Of a stretch of 64,000 bases of DNA, positions 17,279 through 27,499 are shown in pieces. Position 1 is the stretch's first letter. The number at the start of each line of letters is the position of its first letter. The position numbers and the translations under genes are program-made. The notes beneath the pieces were generated by a model. That model searched no databases. It saw only the letters and a list, made by a program, of their open reading frames with translations, and had not been told where the DNA came from. The DNA comes from an uncultured Candidatus Saccharibacteria bacterium (GTDB lineage Bacteria > Patescibacteriota > Minisyncoccia > Phycocordibacterales > UBA1550), in contig CAZXOE010000003.1 in assembly GCA_964642305.1 (NCBI GenBank), positions 33,685 through 97,684 on the forward strand, in the 5' to 3' direction.

Positions 17279-17441
17279 ATGTTTGTTGTTCTTGTAATGA
17301 AGGGCCTGTACACGAGGCTACTTATAAAAGTTACCCCAAAAGCCTTTTATTACAAGAGAAAATTAAATAAACTGATAAAAAAGTACCGCAAAATACAAAG
17401 TTGTGCGATACAAAGGCAATACTACCAAATAGGGAATAATA

Positions 17442-17584
17442 GTCAACCCCTTCACCTATCCACACATCGCTTTTGTTCTGCCAACGATAAAACAGTCTAA
17501 TACTAAAAGCATAGTATGGTAAATATTACATATACAAATCTACCCAAAAGCAGAACAATGTGGAGATAGGTGTGGGGGTCAAGG
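17442..17584. repeat. Palindromic MITE-like element, GGTGTGGGGGT family copy 2
   Basis: TIR gtcaaccccttcacctatccacac / tgtggagataggtgtgggggtcaa; interior also palindromic. Confidence 0.6.
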
Positions 17585-17752
17585 GGAGGTTTTGCGCAAA
17601 GCGCAAATCTGCCCCTTGACTACTCCCACCCACAGCCGACCGCTGACATATAATAACTGACAAATTTGCCATTCGCCATTGGCAAATGGCGAATTTTCTA
17701 GTCAAATGTCCGCGCAAACGGTGCCAGTAGTCAGTTGTGCGCGCAGCACCTC

Positions 17753-18559
17753 CTACATCTCCGCGTAAATTCCTTTTGGTTTTTTAAGCTTACCAAATCC
17801 AATAAGAAGAAGGCTGAGCGCTATGTATACAAAAAAATGGGCAAAATAGAGAACATGTGTATGAGAAATACCAAATGTAAGCAAATAACTCGTTGATTCA
17901 AAATACTCAGAAAATGCAGCTAAGATTACGAGAATCGTCGCTGGAATCGCATATCTAGAGTAGTCAGCAAAAACTGGCATAATCTCTCGTATTTTCACCA
18001 TCGCCAAAATGCTAATGACTCCAAATCCAACTATTCCAGAGAGGATGATCAATGGGAACCATTCCGGCAGACTCTTTGCGACTACTGGCGAAAGGCTGGC
18101 GAACACAAGAACAGAGAAACAGCCGATTAGAAGCGTGTATAGTATTACGGTAAACATTGCTGATTTTTGGGAATAAATGCGGAATACAAATTCAAGAGCC
18201 AAGAGAATACCTAGTATCCATAGCAAATAACTTCCCATTACAGAAAGCTCCACCACTTCCGCATTGAACATAAAAACATCGAGCCCAAGATACTCATACA
18301 CATGAACAAGGCCCAAAAAAAGAAAGAATGCCATCTGAATTCTTAAAAAACCGCGTAAAATATAGTCACTGAACGCATAATCTGAAAAAATTCTTACAAT
18401 TATTAGAGCAACAAAGAGTATAGCTATACCATGAGCAAGTCCCGATTCTGCAAAATATTCACCACCTCCAGCAAGTAGGGCAGACAAAATTATGGCAAGA
18501 TTGAGCGCAATAAGCGCGTATGGAGTAAACAATTTTTCAAATACACTAAATATTCTCAT
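17753..18559 (-). CDS. Multi-pass integral membrane protein (~8 TM), function unknown
   Basis: Hydrophobic helices throughout; 3 nt from the upstream response regulator gene. Confidence 0.5.
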   Translation of the reverse strand: MRIFSVFEKLFTPYALIALNLAIILSALLAGGGEYFAESGLAHGIAILFVALIIVRIFSDYAFSDYILRGFLRIQMAFFLFLGLVHVYEYLGLDVFMFNAEVVELSVMGSYLLWILGILLALEFVFRIYSQKSAMFTVILYTLLIGCFSVLVFASLSPVVAKSLPEWFPLIILSGIVGFGVISILAMVKIREIMPVFADYSRYAIPATILVILAAFSEYFESTSYLLTFGISHTHVLYFAHFFVYIALSLLLIGFGKLKKPKGIYAEM

Positions 18560-18561
18560 TT

Positions 18562-18939
18562 TTATTTTAAATAACTTTTTGCCTTATCTACAACCTCCTG
18601 CATTGAATGGCTTACTTTTATCATATATTCGTTTGCGCCAAGTGTAATGGCTCTATCTTGGTCTATCTTTCCGCCAAGATTTGAAAGAACCAATACAGGA
18701 ATATTTGCTGTATCTGGATTTTTCTTGATTTCCTCAAGAATCGCAAAACCGTCTTTCTTGGGCACCATTAGATCAAGAATAATAAGGTCGGGCCTTTCTT
18801 CTATTACCCTTTCTGTCGCCTCCTCGCCACTGGCAATGAGAACGGTGGTGTATCCCTCTTTTAAAAACTTCATCTCATAAACCCTTGAGACATGTTCATC
18901 GTCCTCAATAATAAGAATCTTTTTTTTGTGTTCGCTCAT
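18562..18939 (-). CDS. Single-domain response regulator (CheY-like receiver)
   Basis: KILIIEDDE…DLIILDLMVP…EYMIK receiver motifs, 125 aa. Confidence 0.8.
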   Translation of the reverse strand: MSEHKKKILIIEDDEHVSRVYEMKFLKEGYTTVLIASGEEATERVIEERPDLIILDLMVPKKDGFAILEEIKKNPDTANIPVLVLSNLGGKIDQDRAITLGANEYMIKVSHSMQEVVDKAKSYLK

Positions 18940-19081
18940 GGAAATGTTTGTCAGTAATTAGTGTTCATATTGTACCATTTATAAATATAAACAGGCTATT
19001 TCCTGTGGATAACAGGAACCCAAAAAGTCGGGCCTCCTACAAAATATAGGCCCCTGCGGCAGAGACCGCAGGGTAATACTT

Positions 19082-19246
19082 CGAATTCGCTTCGCTCATA
19101 CAAAAGCGTGGCAGAGACCACGCGGTATTGACCTATATTAGCTCCTCGGCTCGGTACTGAAAAAGATTACTTTTCCAGCACTCTCGCTCTACGTCGCTAA
19201 TAAAGGGCGGTCCTTTTTTAAAAAAGGACTGCCCTTTATTTTTTAG
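19082..19246 (+). repeat. Modular ~150-nt intergenic element, copy 2 (lacks the nested 30-nt repeat) + bidirectional terminator
   Basis: Blockwise identity with 4497-4722; ends in aaagggcggtcctttttt/aaaaaaggactgcccttt hairpin that also terminates fusA. Confidence 0.6.
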
Positions 19247-19250
19247 CTAC

Positions 19251-21395
19251 CTACTTCCTTGCTTCAATAATAGTGAGCGCTACATTTTGAGGCACAATAT
19301 CGTAGTGATCAAACTCCATTGTTGATGAAGCGCGACCTTCTGTCATTGAGCGAAGAGCGGTTGTATAGCCAAACATTTCAGAAAGAGGAACTTGCGCTGT
19401 GAGCACTTTCATCATGCCACGCTCGCTCATTCCTTCGATTTGTGCGCGCTTTGATGAGAGGTTGCCGGCAACGTCACCCATGAACTTCTCTGGCATGACG
19501 ATTTCCACTTTCATGATAGGTTCAAGAATAACTGGACCTGCTTTCTTTACCGCTTCTTGGAATGCCTGAGAACCTGCAATCTTAAACGCGATTTCTGAAG
19601 AGTCCACTTCGTGGAAAGAACCGTCGTAAAGCTCAGCTGAAATATCTACCACCTTGTAGCCTGCCTGCACACCACGGTCCATCGCTTCGATGATACCTTT
19701 TTCTACTGGCGCAATAAATTCCTGTGGAATAACACCTCCTTTAATAGAGTTTGTAAATTCAAAGTGGTCATCGCGACGCTTTGTCTGTTTTGGAAGATCC
19801 TCAACCGCAATAGTCTTGTCGATTGGCTTGATGCGAATCTTCACATGGCCGTACTGACCGCGACCACCTGTCTGCTTGATGTACTTGCACTCTGCTTCTG
19901 CTTCGCGAGTGATAGTTTCCTTGTATGCAACTTGTGGCTTTCCAACGTTTGCTTCCACGTTGAACTCGCGCTTCATGCGGTCTACGAGAATTTCTAGGTG
20001 AAGTTCGCCCATGCCGGAAATAATTGTTTCCATTGTTTCCTCATCGCTTGAAATGCGGAACGTTGGATCTTCGTCTGCGAGCTTCCTAAGCGCCATACCC
20101 ATTCTCTCTTGGTCTGCTTTTGTTTTTGGTTCAATACGCAGAGAGATAACTGGCTCAGGGAATTTAATTTCTTCCAAAATAATTGGGTTTGCTTCATCAC
20201 AAAGTGTGTGTGAAGTACGTGTGTCCTTTAGGCCAACCATCGCCGCAATATCTCCTGCGAAAACTTTTTTAATTTCCTGACGTGAATCCGCCTGAAGTTT
20301 CACCATACGGCCCACGCGCTCCTTGTCGCCAGTTGTTGCATTGTATACATATGAACCTGCTTCTATAGTACCTGAATACACGCGGAAGAAACAAAGCTGT
20401 CCGACGAATGGGTCTGCCTGAAGTTTGAACGCAAGCGCAGTAAAAGGCTCCTTGTCAGATGCATGGCGATCAATTGCATCTCCTGTGCGTGGGTCTATTC
20501 CGTGAATAGCGGGGATATCAAGAGGGGATGGAAGATAATCCACCACTGCGTCGAGCACGAGCTGTACACCCTTATTCTTGAGGGCTGAGCCTGCGTACAC
20601 TGGGAAAATTTCGTTATTGATAACTGCCTTACGAAGATTTGCTTTGAGAACATCCATAGGAATTTCTTTTCCTTCAAGATAGTCGTTCATCAATGTCTCA
20701 TCGTTCTCTACAATACGCTCAATAAGGTCAGCACGGAACTGCTTTGCCTCAGCTAAATATTTCTCAGGGATTTCCGCCTCTTTTACTTCAATACCCATCT
20801 CTCCTTCAAATTTAAACATCTTCATCTTAAGAAGATCGATAACACCTTCAAACTCATCCTCAAGTCCAACAGGAATCTGCATACGAACAGCCTTTGTGTT
20901 TAGTCTATCAAGAATAGATGCGTATGATTTCTCAAATGACGCGCCTGTACGGTCCAATTTGTTAATGAAACAAATACGTGGAACTTTTGCCTCGTCTGCA
21001 TAGCGCCAGTTTGTTTCTGATTGTGGCTCTACTCCTGCAACTCCATCAAAGACCACCACTGCGCCGTCGAGCACACGAAGGGAACGCTTTACTTCTACAG
21101 TAAAGTCGATGTGTCCTGGTGTGTCGATGATATTAAAATGCCAGAGATTTTTCTTATCCTTTGGCTCGTCCGTTTTATTCCACGCGCAACTAATAGCCGC
21201 CGCAGTAATGGTGATACCACGCTCGCGCTCCTGTTCCATCCAGTCGGTTGTGGTTGCACCTTCGTGAACCTCACCAATCTTGTGAGTCATACCTGTGTAA
21301 AACAAAATACGCTCAGACGTTGTCGTCTTGCCTGCGTCGATGTGCGCGATGATACCAAAATTGCGTAGTTTCTCTAACGGATATTCTCTGTCCAT
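19251..21395 (-). CDS. fusA: Elongation factor G
   Basis: AHIDAGKTT, DTPGHIDF GTPase motifs; 714 aa. Confidence 0.95.
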   Translation of the reverse strand: MDREYPLEKLRNFGIIAHIDAGKTTTSERILFYTGMTHKIGEVHEGATTTDWMEQERERGITITAAAISCAWNKTDEPKDKKNLWHFNIIDTPGHIDFTVEVKRSLRVLDGAVVVFDGVAGVEPQSETNWRYADEAKVPRICFINKLDRTGASFEKSYASILDRLNTKAVRMQIPVGLEDEFEGVIDLLKMKMFKFEGEMGIEVKEAEIPEKYLAEAKQFRADLIERIVENDETLMNDYLEGKEIPMDVLKANLRKAVINNEIFPVYAGSALKNKGVQLVLDAVVDYLPSPLDIPAIHGIDPRTGDAIDRHASDKEPFTALAFKLQADPFVGQLCFFRVYSGTIEAGSYVYNATTGDKERVGRMVKLQADSRQEIKKVFAGDIAAMVGLKDTRTSHTLCDEANPIILEEIKFPEPVISLRIEPKTKADQERMGMALRKLADEDPTFRISSDEETMETIISGMGELHLEILVDRMKREFNVEANVGKPQVAYKETITREAEAECKYIKQTGGRGQYGHVKIRIKPIDKTIAVEDLPKQTKRRDDHFEFTNSIKGGVIPQEFIAPVEKGIIEAMDRGVQAGYKVVDISAELYDGSFHEVDSSEIAFKIAGSQAFQEAVKKAGPVILEPIMKVEIVMPEKFMGDVAGNLSSKRAQIEGMSERGMMKVLTAQVPLSEMFGYTTALRSMTEGRASSTMEFDHYDIVPQNVALTIIEARK

Positions 21396-21657
21396 ATGTC
21401 AGTTTATAAAGTTAATAAAGTTTTTAAAGTTAAAAGTAAAATAAAATTCAGAAGTTAGCACATTAATCCTCTCAACCTAGCCCAAACTCAGTCTTTCAAG
21501 ATAAATAACTTTGCTTGAGATATCACTGTGGTAAAAAATGTTTTATTTGGGATGCAGCGCGAGGCGCCGTGTTAAAAAAATAACGAGCTGTACAAAAGTA
21601 CTGTGAGTTATTTTTTTTACACGAGCAACAAAGCGCTGCGCCCAAATTAACCATTTT

Positions 21658-22128
21658 TTACCAGGCGAAGTGAGCGAATGCCTTGTTCGCCTCCGCCATC
21701 TTGTGAACATTCTCGCGCTTCTTCACTGCCTCACCCTCGTTGTTACTTGCGGCTAGGATTTCGTCCGCAAGCTTCTCGTGCATGGGGCGACCCTTCTTTG
21801 CCTTTGCTGCATTAATAATCCATCGCATTGAAAGCGCGAAGCGTCTATCTGGACGCACCTCATGCGGAACCTGATAGTTTGCGCCACCAACACGGCGTGA
21901 ACGAATTTCCATAAGAGGTCCTGTGTTCTTGAGAGCAAGCTCAAAAACTTCAAGAGGTTCAAGATCTTTCTTTTTCTCTTTTACAATATCAAACGCTTCG
22001 TACACGATTGCGCGCGCTGTGTTTTTCTTTCCACGCTCCATTATGTAGTTGATAAGTTTAGAAACCTTCGTTGAATTGTATACGAGGTCCTCTCCTGGAA
22101 TATTACGATTTTTTACTTTTCTACGCAT
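21658..22128 (-). CDS. rpsG: 30S ribosomal protein S7
   Basis: S7 pattern, str operon order. Confidence 0.9.
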   Translation of the reverse strand: MRRKVKNRNIPGEDLVYNSTKVSKLINYIMERGKKNTARAIVYEAFDIVKEKKKDLEPLEVFELALKNTGPLMEIRSRRVGGANYQVPHEVRPDRRFALSMRWIINAAKAKKGRPMHEKLADEILAASNNEGEAVKKRENVHKMAEANKAFAHFAW

Positions 22129-22133
22129 AGTAT

Positions 22134-22565
22134 TTATTTCTTAGCTGGAGCTCCTGCCTTTGGACGCTTTGCTCCGTATTGACTGCGACCCTTCATACGC
22201 TTCTCTACTGGTGTTGCATCCAAACGTCCACGAACAATGTGGTAGCGCACACCTCCAAGGTCCTTTACGCGACCTCCGCGAATCATAACCACCGAGTGCT
22301 CCTGAAGCTTGTGGCCCATACCAGGAATGTATGCAGTAACTTCCATACCATTAGTAAGACGAACACGGGCGATTTTGCGAAGCGCTGAGTTTGGCTTCTT
22401 TGGAGTAGTTGTCGTTACTTTTGTGCAAACACCACGCTTAAAAGGAGAATTGTGAAAAACAGGCTTGTTCAAAATGCTGTTAAAGCTTTTTCCAAGCGCG
22501 ATTGAACTAGACTTCTTTTTAAAAATCTTTCGTGGGCGCTTTACGAGCTGGTTGGTTGTTGGCAT
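22134..22565 (-). CDS. rpsL: 30S ribosomal protein S12 with C-terminal basic extension
   Basis: [10 protein letters not shown]…[14 protein letters not shown] signature. Confidence 0.9.
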   Translation of the reverse strand: MPTTNQLVKRPRKIFKKKSSSIALGKSFNSILNKPVFHNSPFKRGVCTKVTTTTPKKPNSALRKIARVRLTNGMEVTAYIPGMGHKLQEHSVVMIRGGRVKDLGGVRYHIVRGRLDATPVEKRMKGRSQYGAKRPKAGAPAKK

Positions 22566-22625
22566 ATATTAAATTAAAACTAGCCGCATAGCGACCAAGT
22601 CCAGATACTCTACTATAGGGTGCCC

Positions 22626-22680
22626 AAAATTGCAAGTGGTCCGAGGCGGGACGCCCTGCCTCGGACCACTTGCAATTTTT
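22626..22680. terminator. Long perfect hairpin (22-bp stem) between site-2 protease gene and rpsL
   Basis: aaaattgcaagtggtccgaggc…gcctcggaccacttgcaattttt. Confidence 0.7.
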
Positions 22681-22805
22681 CGCTAGTCGAAAATCTTAAA
22701 GTGTTTATGTCCAAGACACGTGCCCAGGACACAGCTCTGGTGACCCGTCAGCTGATTCGAAGTCGAAAGTCAAAAGTGGGCCCGTCAATTGTTAAATGTT
22801 GGAAT

Positions 22806-23438
22806 TTATAGCCCTACCCCGGTAATCATCGAAAAAATGAAGCTGGATATTGGCCATATAATGTACCGTGCGAAAAATATCACAAAAACAATAAAAATTA
22901 ACCAATTTTGCTCCAAATAGTCGTGGATATATTGAAAACGGACGGGAAGAAAGGCAAAAAGGACCTTGGCGCCGTCTAGCGGGGGAAACGGTATCATATT
23001 AAAGACAGCTAGGACAATATTGAGGAACACAATAGTAGCAAGCATTTCAGCGAATGGCCCAGGCGAAATTCCGAGTTCTGTGTTGAATCTAAGCATCAAT
23101 CCAAAGATGACAGCTAGGGTAAGATTTGCCAAGACGCCGGCAAGTCCGACCAATACCGTTCCCCATTTGAAATTGCTTAAATTATAAGGGTTATATGGAA
23201 CAGGTTTTGCCCATCCAAAAGCAAAACTGCCACCAGATCCAAAGAGCATCAGCGCTGGAACAATAATTGAGCCAAGCGGATCAATGTGTGGAACAGGGTT
23301 TAGAGTAAGACGCCCAGCAAGCCGAGCAGTGGGGTCTCCAAACCATTCCGCCATATATCCGTGCGCAATTTCATGGATAATTATGGAGAAGATAAGGATA
23401 ACTAGGAAAAAGAGTGTCTCTACTTGCATAATGTTCAA
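22806..23438 (-). CDS. Site-2 protease family (peptidase M50) membrane metalloprotease
   Basis: HEIAHG zinc motif, NMIPFPPLDG motif, multi-TM. Confidence 0.75.
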   Translation of the reverse strand: MNIMQVETLFFLVILIFSIIIHEIAHGYMAEWFGDPTARLAGRLTLNPVPHIDPLGSIIVPALMLFGSGGSFAFGWAKPVPYNPYNLSNFKWGTVLVGLAGVLANLTLAVIFGLMLRFNTELGISPGPFAEMLATIVFLNIVLAVFNMIPFPPLDGAKVLFAFLPVRFQYIHDYLEQNWLIFIVFVIFFARYIIWPISSFIFSMITGVGL

Positions 23439-23454
23439 TATATGATAGCATCTA

Positions 23455-23564
23455 ATGAATTAGGAGTGAAGCGACATAATTCATAGACCCGCCCAAATTT
23501 TGCGAAACAAAACTTAGGCGGGTAATGATTTTCTAATCTCGCTACGCTCGTTAACAAAATCATT
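23455..23564 (+). promoter_or_regulatory. Conserved ~100-nt leader element upstream of rpmB (paralogous to nusA leader)
   Basis: aggagtgaagcgacata…acccgcccaaattttgcgaaacaaaacttaggcgggt…ctcgctacgctc…aaaatcattATG; ~80% identical to 41140-41241. Confidence 0.6.
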
Positions 23565-23771
23565 ATGGCAAAAACATGTCCAACTTGCGGAAAAGGAACC
23601 ATTATTGTAGGTCACTACTCTAATCGTGTTCGCGCTACCAAATTCAACCCAACTGGAAACAAGCGAAAGTACCCAAATCTCCAATGGGCGCCTCTTGCCG
23701 ATGGCTCACGCATCAAAATCTGCACCAAGTGCATGAAAGTAGGGAAGCACACAAAGATTCAGGTGATCTAG
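23565..23771 (+). CDS. rpmB: 50S ribosomal protein L28 (Zn-ribbon type), probable
   Basis: CPTCGKG…SNRVRATKF…PNLQW…CTKC; L28-like pattern with C4 zinc ribbon. Confidence 0.65.
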   Translation: MAKTCPTCGKGTIIVGHYSNRVRATKFNPTGNKRKYPNLQWAPLADGSRIKICTKCMKVGKHTKIQVI

Positions 23772-23816
23772 ATATCAACTAAAAACTCGCCTTAAAGCGA
23801 GTTTTTAGTTGATATG
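23771..23816. terminator. Bidirectional terminator (19-bp perfect stem)
   Basis: gatatcaactaaaaactcgc cttaaa gcgagtttttagttgatat. Confidence 0.75.
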
Positions 23817-24668
23817 TAAATTTGCACCATCCGTCCTGAAAATTACAGTGCCGTGCTCGGCTGTATTAATAGAAGGAACTTTGAGCAGCGCGAGCAAATC
23901 AGTGACTTCCTTATGTGGATGGCCATAGCTATTATTCTTTCCAGCGGATACAACTGCGTATTTAGGGTCAACTGCCGAGAGGAATACTTTGGAACTGGAA
24001 GTCCTTGAACCGTGGTGTCCAAGTTTAAGGACTGTTGAATTTAGCGCTCTACCGTTTTTACCAACGAGGTACTTCTCTACCGAAAGCGGCGAGTCGCCCG
24101 TAAAAAGGAATGATTGTTCGCCGTACGAAAGTCGCGCAACGACTGACGCTGTGTTTGTCTCCCACTCTGCTGTATTCATATTTGGAAACAGGATTTCAAA
24201 CACAACTCCATCATCCAAAATTATTTTCTCTCCCGCGCGAACTAGAATGAGACGAGGGTTCTTTTCTAAAATCACTTTTTCAAACGCTCTATACACTCCT
24301 GTGTCAGACGTGTTTTCAGATGTAATGACATTGTCAATACGCATTCGCGAAATCACAGATGGTAGACCGCCCACATGATCTTGGTCGGGGTGCGTCGCGA
24401 GCACAATATCAATCGACCTATCCCAATACGGCATCACACGACCAAGCTCACGCAAGACTGCGCCAGATGGTGGTCCTCCATCAATAAGCATTTGGTTCCC
24501 GTTTGGCGCTTCAATATAAATAGCATCGCCTTGACCAACATTTAAAAATGCAACTGTAAGGACACCGGCACTGTCTGCGCGTGCGAGCGCAGACCAAATA
24601 AAAATATTTATAAAAACGAAAACAGCGAGAACTACATACTGTGTGTTACGTTTAGAGAAGTGCTTCAT
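23805..24668 (-). CDS. Metallo-beta-lactamase domain protein corresponding to ComEC C-terminal domain (stand-alone)
   Basis: N-terminal TM, THPDQDHVGG and GHHGS MBL motifs. Confidence 0.7.
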   Translation of the reverse strand: MKHFSKRNTQYVVLAVFVFINIFIWSALARADSAGVLTVAFLNVGQGDAIYIEAPNGNQMLIDGGPPSGAVLRELGRVMPYWDRSIDIVLATHPDQDHVGGLPSVISRMRIDNVITSENTSDTGVYRAFEKVILEKNPRLILVRAGEKIILDDGVVFEILFPNMNTAEWETNTASVVARLSYGEQSFLFTGDSPLSVEKYLVGKNGRALNSTVLKLGHHGSRTSSSKVFLSAVDPKYAVVSAGKNNSYGHPHKEVTDLLALLKVPSINTAEHGTVIFRTDGANLHIN

Positions 24669-24726
24669 TATTTAAGCATGATACCACACCAAACTCATCA
24701 ATTTTTCACCTCACGCGCATTTTTTT

Positions 24727-24772
24727 CTCGCGTATTAATAGAACGCGATAGCGTTCTATTAATACGCGAGAT
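24727..24772. promoter_or_regulatory. 46-bp perfect palindrome (21+4+21) in divergent promoter region between MBL gene and dedA
   Basis: tctcgcgtattaatagaacgc gata gcgttctattaatacgcgaga. Confidence 0.6.
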
Positions 24773-24801
24773 GAAGCCTACTGTCGTGTTACAATGTAAA
24801 C

Positions 24802-25392
24802 ATGACCGATACTACTATAGAGGCGCTAATACAAGGCGGGAGTTATTTTGCAATTTTTGCTTTGATGATTGCAAACGGAGCTGTTTCATTCCCCTCAAGC
24901 CAAATACTTTTCATTATTGCAGGATACTTCGTTGCACAAGGTAATCTCACATTCGCTCTCGTGGCATTTGTTGGCGCTCTCGGCAACGCAATCGGAAATA
25001 TTATTTTGTACGAACTTGCGCGCAAACACGGGAGAACATTTATTGAACGTATGAAAATTTTCCCAGAACGTGAACTTTCAAAAGTTGAATATGCTTTCAA
25101 GAAAAAGGGGGCATGGTTTATTTTTATTGGAAAACTTTTACCAGCAATAAAAGTTTTTGTTCCCATCGTTGCAGGGCTCGGAAAATTCTCACGCATTCTT
25201 TTTGCGCCACTCATGTTCATCGCGTCATTCATTTGGGCACTGGGATTTATTTCTATCGGGTTCTTTTTTGGAAAGTCATCTGACCTTTTTGGTCGCTACG
25301 CTATTATCCTCGTCATCATTGCCGCAGTTGTGCTTCTACTATTTTATCGCTACATCAATAGCCCCGAAGTCGTGAGCGAAATTGAAAAATAA
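24802..25392 (+). CDS. DedA/VTT-family membrane protein
   Basis: DedA pattern (…KLLPAIKVFVPIVAGLGKF…). Confidence 0.8.
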   Translation: MTDTTIEALIQGGSYFAIFALMIANGAVSFPSSQILFIIAGYFVAQGNLTFALVAFVGALGNAIGNIILYELARKHGRTFIERMKIFPERELSKVEYAFKKKGAWFIFIGKLLPAIKVFVPIVAGLGKFSRILFAPLMFIASFIWALGFISIGFFFGKSSDLFGRYAIILVIIAAVVLLLFYRYINSPEVVSEIEK

Positions 25393-26824
25393 ATATTCCA
25401 AGTAGCGTGTACGTAATAGCCAGTGTCAAGAGTGGGAATGAAATGTTGTGAAGCGATGCAAATGGCACTCGCGCAAAAAATTCTACAAGTGTGACGATAT
25501 ACGCAAGAAGCCCATATGCAAAAATCGCGAGTAGGTTTCCAGCAATAGGCAACCACGCAAGTACCGCGGCAAGAGAAACTGCGAGCATCGCAATTGGAAC
25601 AACTGGTAAAATAAAAATATTTGAAATGAAACCTATGAGTGACATGCTTCCCATATGATAAAGAATGAGCGGAAACACAAAAATTTGTGTAGCAAAAGTT
25701 GTAACAATTATTTCTCTAAAAATTTTACTTGAAATGAATACAAAATATTTTTCTAAGACTGGCACAAAAACAACAATCGCTAGTGTCGCAGAAAATGAAA
25801 GTTGAAATGACACGTCATGAAAAAGTATCATTGGGTTAACAAAGACCATAGTGCCTCCCACAAGCATTAGCACGCGAAGAGCATCACCCTCGCGACCGAG
25901 CATACGCGCAAGTATCACCACGAGTGCCATTAATGTCGCGCGCACGACTGTTGCGCCTCCACCAACCATTACCGCAAAAAGAATAATGCCAAGCGCGCTC
26001 GTAAAAAGTCTAATTGAAAATGGCATGAACATAACAGCTCGAGAAATTATACTTGCAACTACTGCTATGTTGTACCCAGACAGAACTACAATATGAGCAA
26101 TTCCTGTTTCACGAAATTTTTGTATTAAATCCTCTCCGAGTGACTGTTTTGCTCCAAGCGTAATACCGCTCGCAAGTGACGACTCTGGCTCAGGAATACT
26201 TTGTGAAATATTTTTCATGAGCCACGATTTAAATATGAAAAGTTTTTCACGAATTAGATTTCCATTACCGTGTGAAACTACTGAGACCTCGGGAAAATAC
26301 ATTTGATAATGTATGCCGTCTTTCGCGAGGTAAGACCGATAGTCAAACGCTCGAGTGTTGTCTTTAGAAGAGAAGTTTTGAGGAATTACTATTTTCCCTA
26401 TTACTGAAACACTGTCTCCATATTTTAATTCTGGGTATGTTTGAAGGCGCACAAGAATTCGTGTATTTTTCTCAAGGACATTATTCGTCTCTAGGACAAC
26501 ATTTGTGTATTTCTCTCGGACATCAGGTTCATCAATAATCACTCCATCAAGTTTTACTAGATTCCCAACAACACTATCTAGTATGCCAGCCGATGTATTC
26601 GCATTAGAAACATCTACACGAAAAATCCCCAAAGCAATACCTAAAAAAATCAGTGAAACAAAAACAACAGTTTTTGACTGAGGCCCTGTATCTCTTATTA
26701 GAAATATAAAGAGTGATAATATCACACACAATACTGCGAATGAGTATCCAAAATCTAATATACTCTCTAGCGCAACACCGACAATGAAACTAATTATGAA
26801 ACCAAAAAAATATTTCGTATTCAT
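25355..26824 (-). CDS. comEC: ComEC/Rec2 DNA internalisation channel (DUF4131 + competence domain), lacking MBL domain
   Basis: Multi-TM with ComEC competence-domain pattern; 3' end overlaps dedA by 38 nt (convergent). Confidence 0.75.
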   Translation of the reverse strand: MNTKYFFGFIISFIVGVALESILDFGYSFAVLCVILSLFIFLIRDTGPQSKTVVFVSLIFLGIALGIFRVDVSNANTSAGILDSVVGNLVKLDGVIIDEPDVREKYTNVVLETNNVLEKNTRILVRLQTYPELKYGDSVSVIGKIVIPQNFSSKDNTRAFDYRSYLAKDGIHYQMYFPEVSVVSHGNGNLIREKLFIFKSWLMKNISQSIPEPESSLASGITLGAKQSLGEDLIQKFRETGIAHIVVLSGYNIAVVASIISRAVMFMPFSIRLFTSALGIILFAVMVGGGATVVRATLMALVVILARMLGREGDALRVLMLVGGTMVFVNPMILFHDVSFQLSFSATLAIVVFVPVLEKYFVFISSKIFREIIVTTFATQIFVFPLILYHMGSMSLIGFISNIFILPVVPIAMLAVSLAAVLAWLPIAGNLLAIFAYGLLAYIVTLVEFFARVPFASLHNISFPLLTLAITYTLLGIFIFQFRSRLRGY

Positions 26825-26901
26825 TTTCTATTATCCTACACTATATTGCAAAAAGACACTTTCTTGCTACCATTATAAAAGACATTGAAAAGGAGGTTGT
26901 C

Positions 26902-27411
26902 ATGAGGATAGAGCGAAGTGAAACATTTATTTTAAGTGAGGTCATATGGAGAGAAAATGTTCTTGCTCCATATGATGAGCACGATGAAGTATCAAACGAT
27001 TTTATTAGATGTTACAAAATGGCTCATTTATTCATATCACCACCAAAACAAACAGAAGATGATATGCTCATCACTATTGCTCTTTGTATTCTTGAAGAAA
27101 AGGAAAGATGGAAGACAGCTGGATCTGAGCTAAAAAAGGACGGCTGGTCAGGATCCTCACTTTTTTTCTGGAATCTATACGTGCAGGACAAAAAGGTTGC
27201 TCTTACTGACGCCGTAATATTACCTGGCACACTGTATCGCGATGACGAAATAATAGAGTGGGTTCCTGTGGCACATCACCGCCCTATTGTCTCCATATTG
27301 GGTGGATTGCGTGGAAGCGAGACAAAGATTTCAATGAAACCCTCAATGTCACTCGGCTTCTCAAAATCACGAACGGTGCTCATTTCAAAAACTGAAGTAA
27401 TTGAAACCTAA
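26902..27411 (+). CDS. Hypothetical protein (169 aa)
   Basis: ORF only. Confidence 0.4.
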   Translation: MRIERSETFILSEVIWRENVLAPYDEHDEVSNDFIRCYKMAHLFISPPKQTEDDMLITIALCILEEKERWKTAGSELKKDGWSGSSLFFWNLYVQDKKVALTDAVILPGTLYRDDEIIEWVPVAHHRPIVSILGGLRGSETKISMKPSMSLGFSKSRTVLISKTEVIET

Positions 27412-27499
27412 ATGGCTACCACTAAAGTGATAGCCATTTTTATTTTTTTCTAAAGACCCACTAAAACATTTGTAAACAAATGTTCGGGCGAACAATCTG

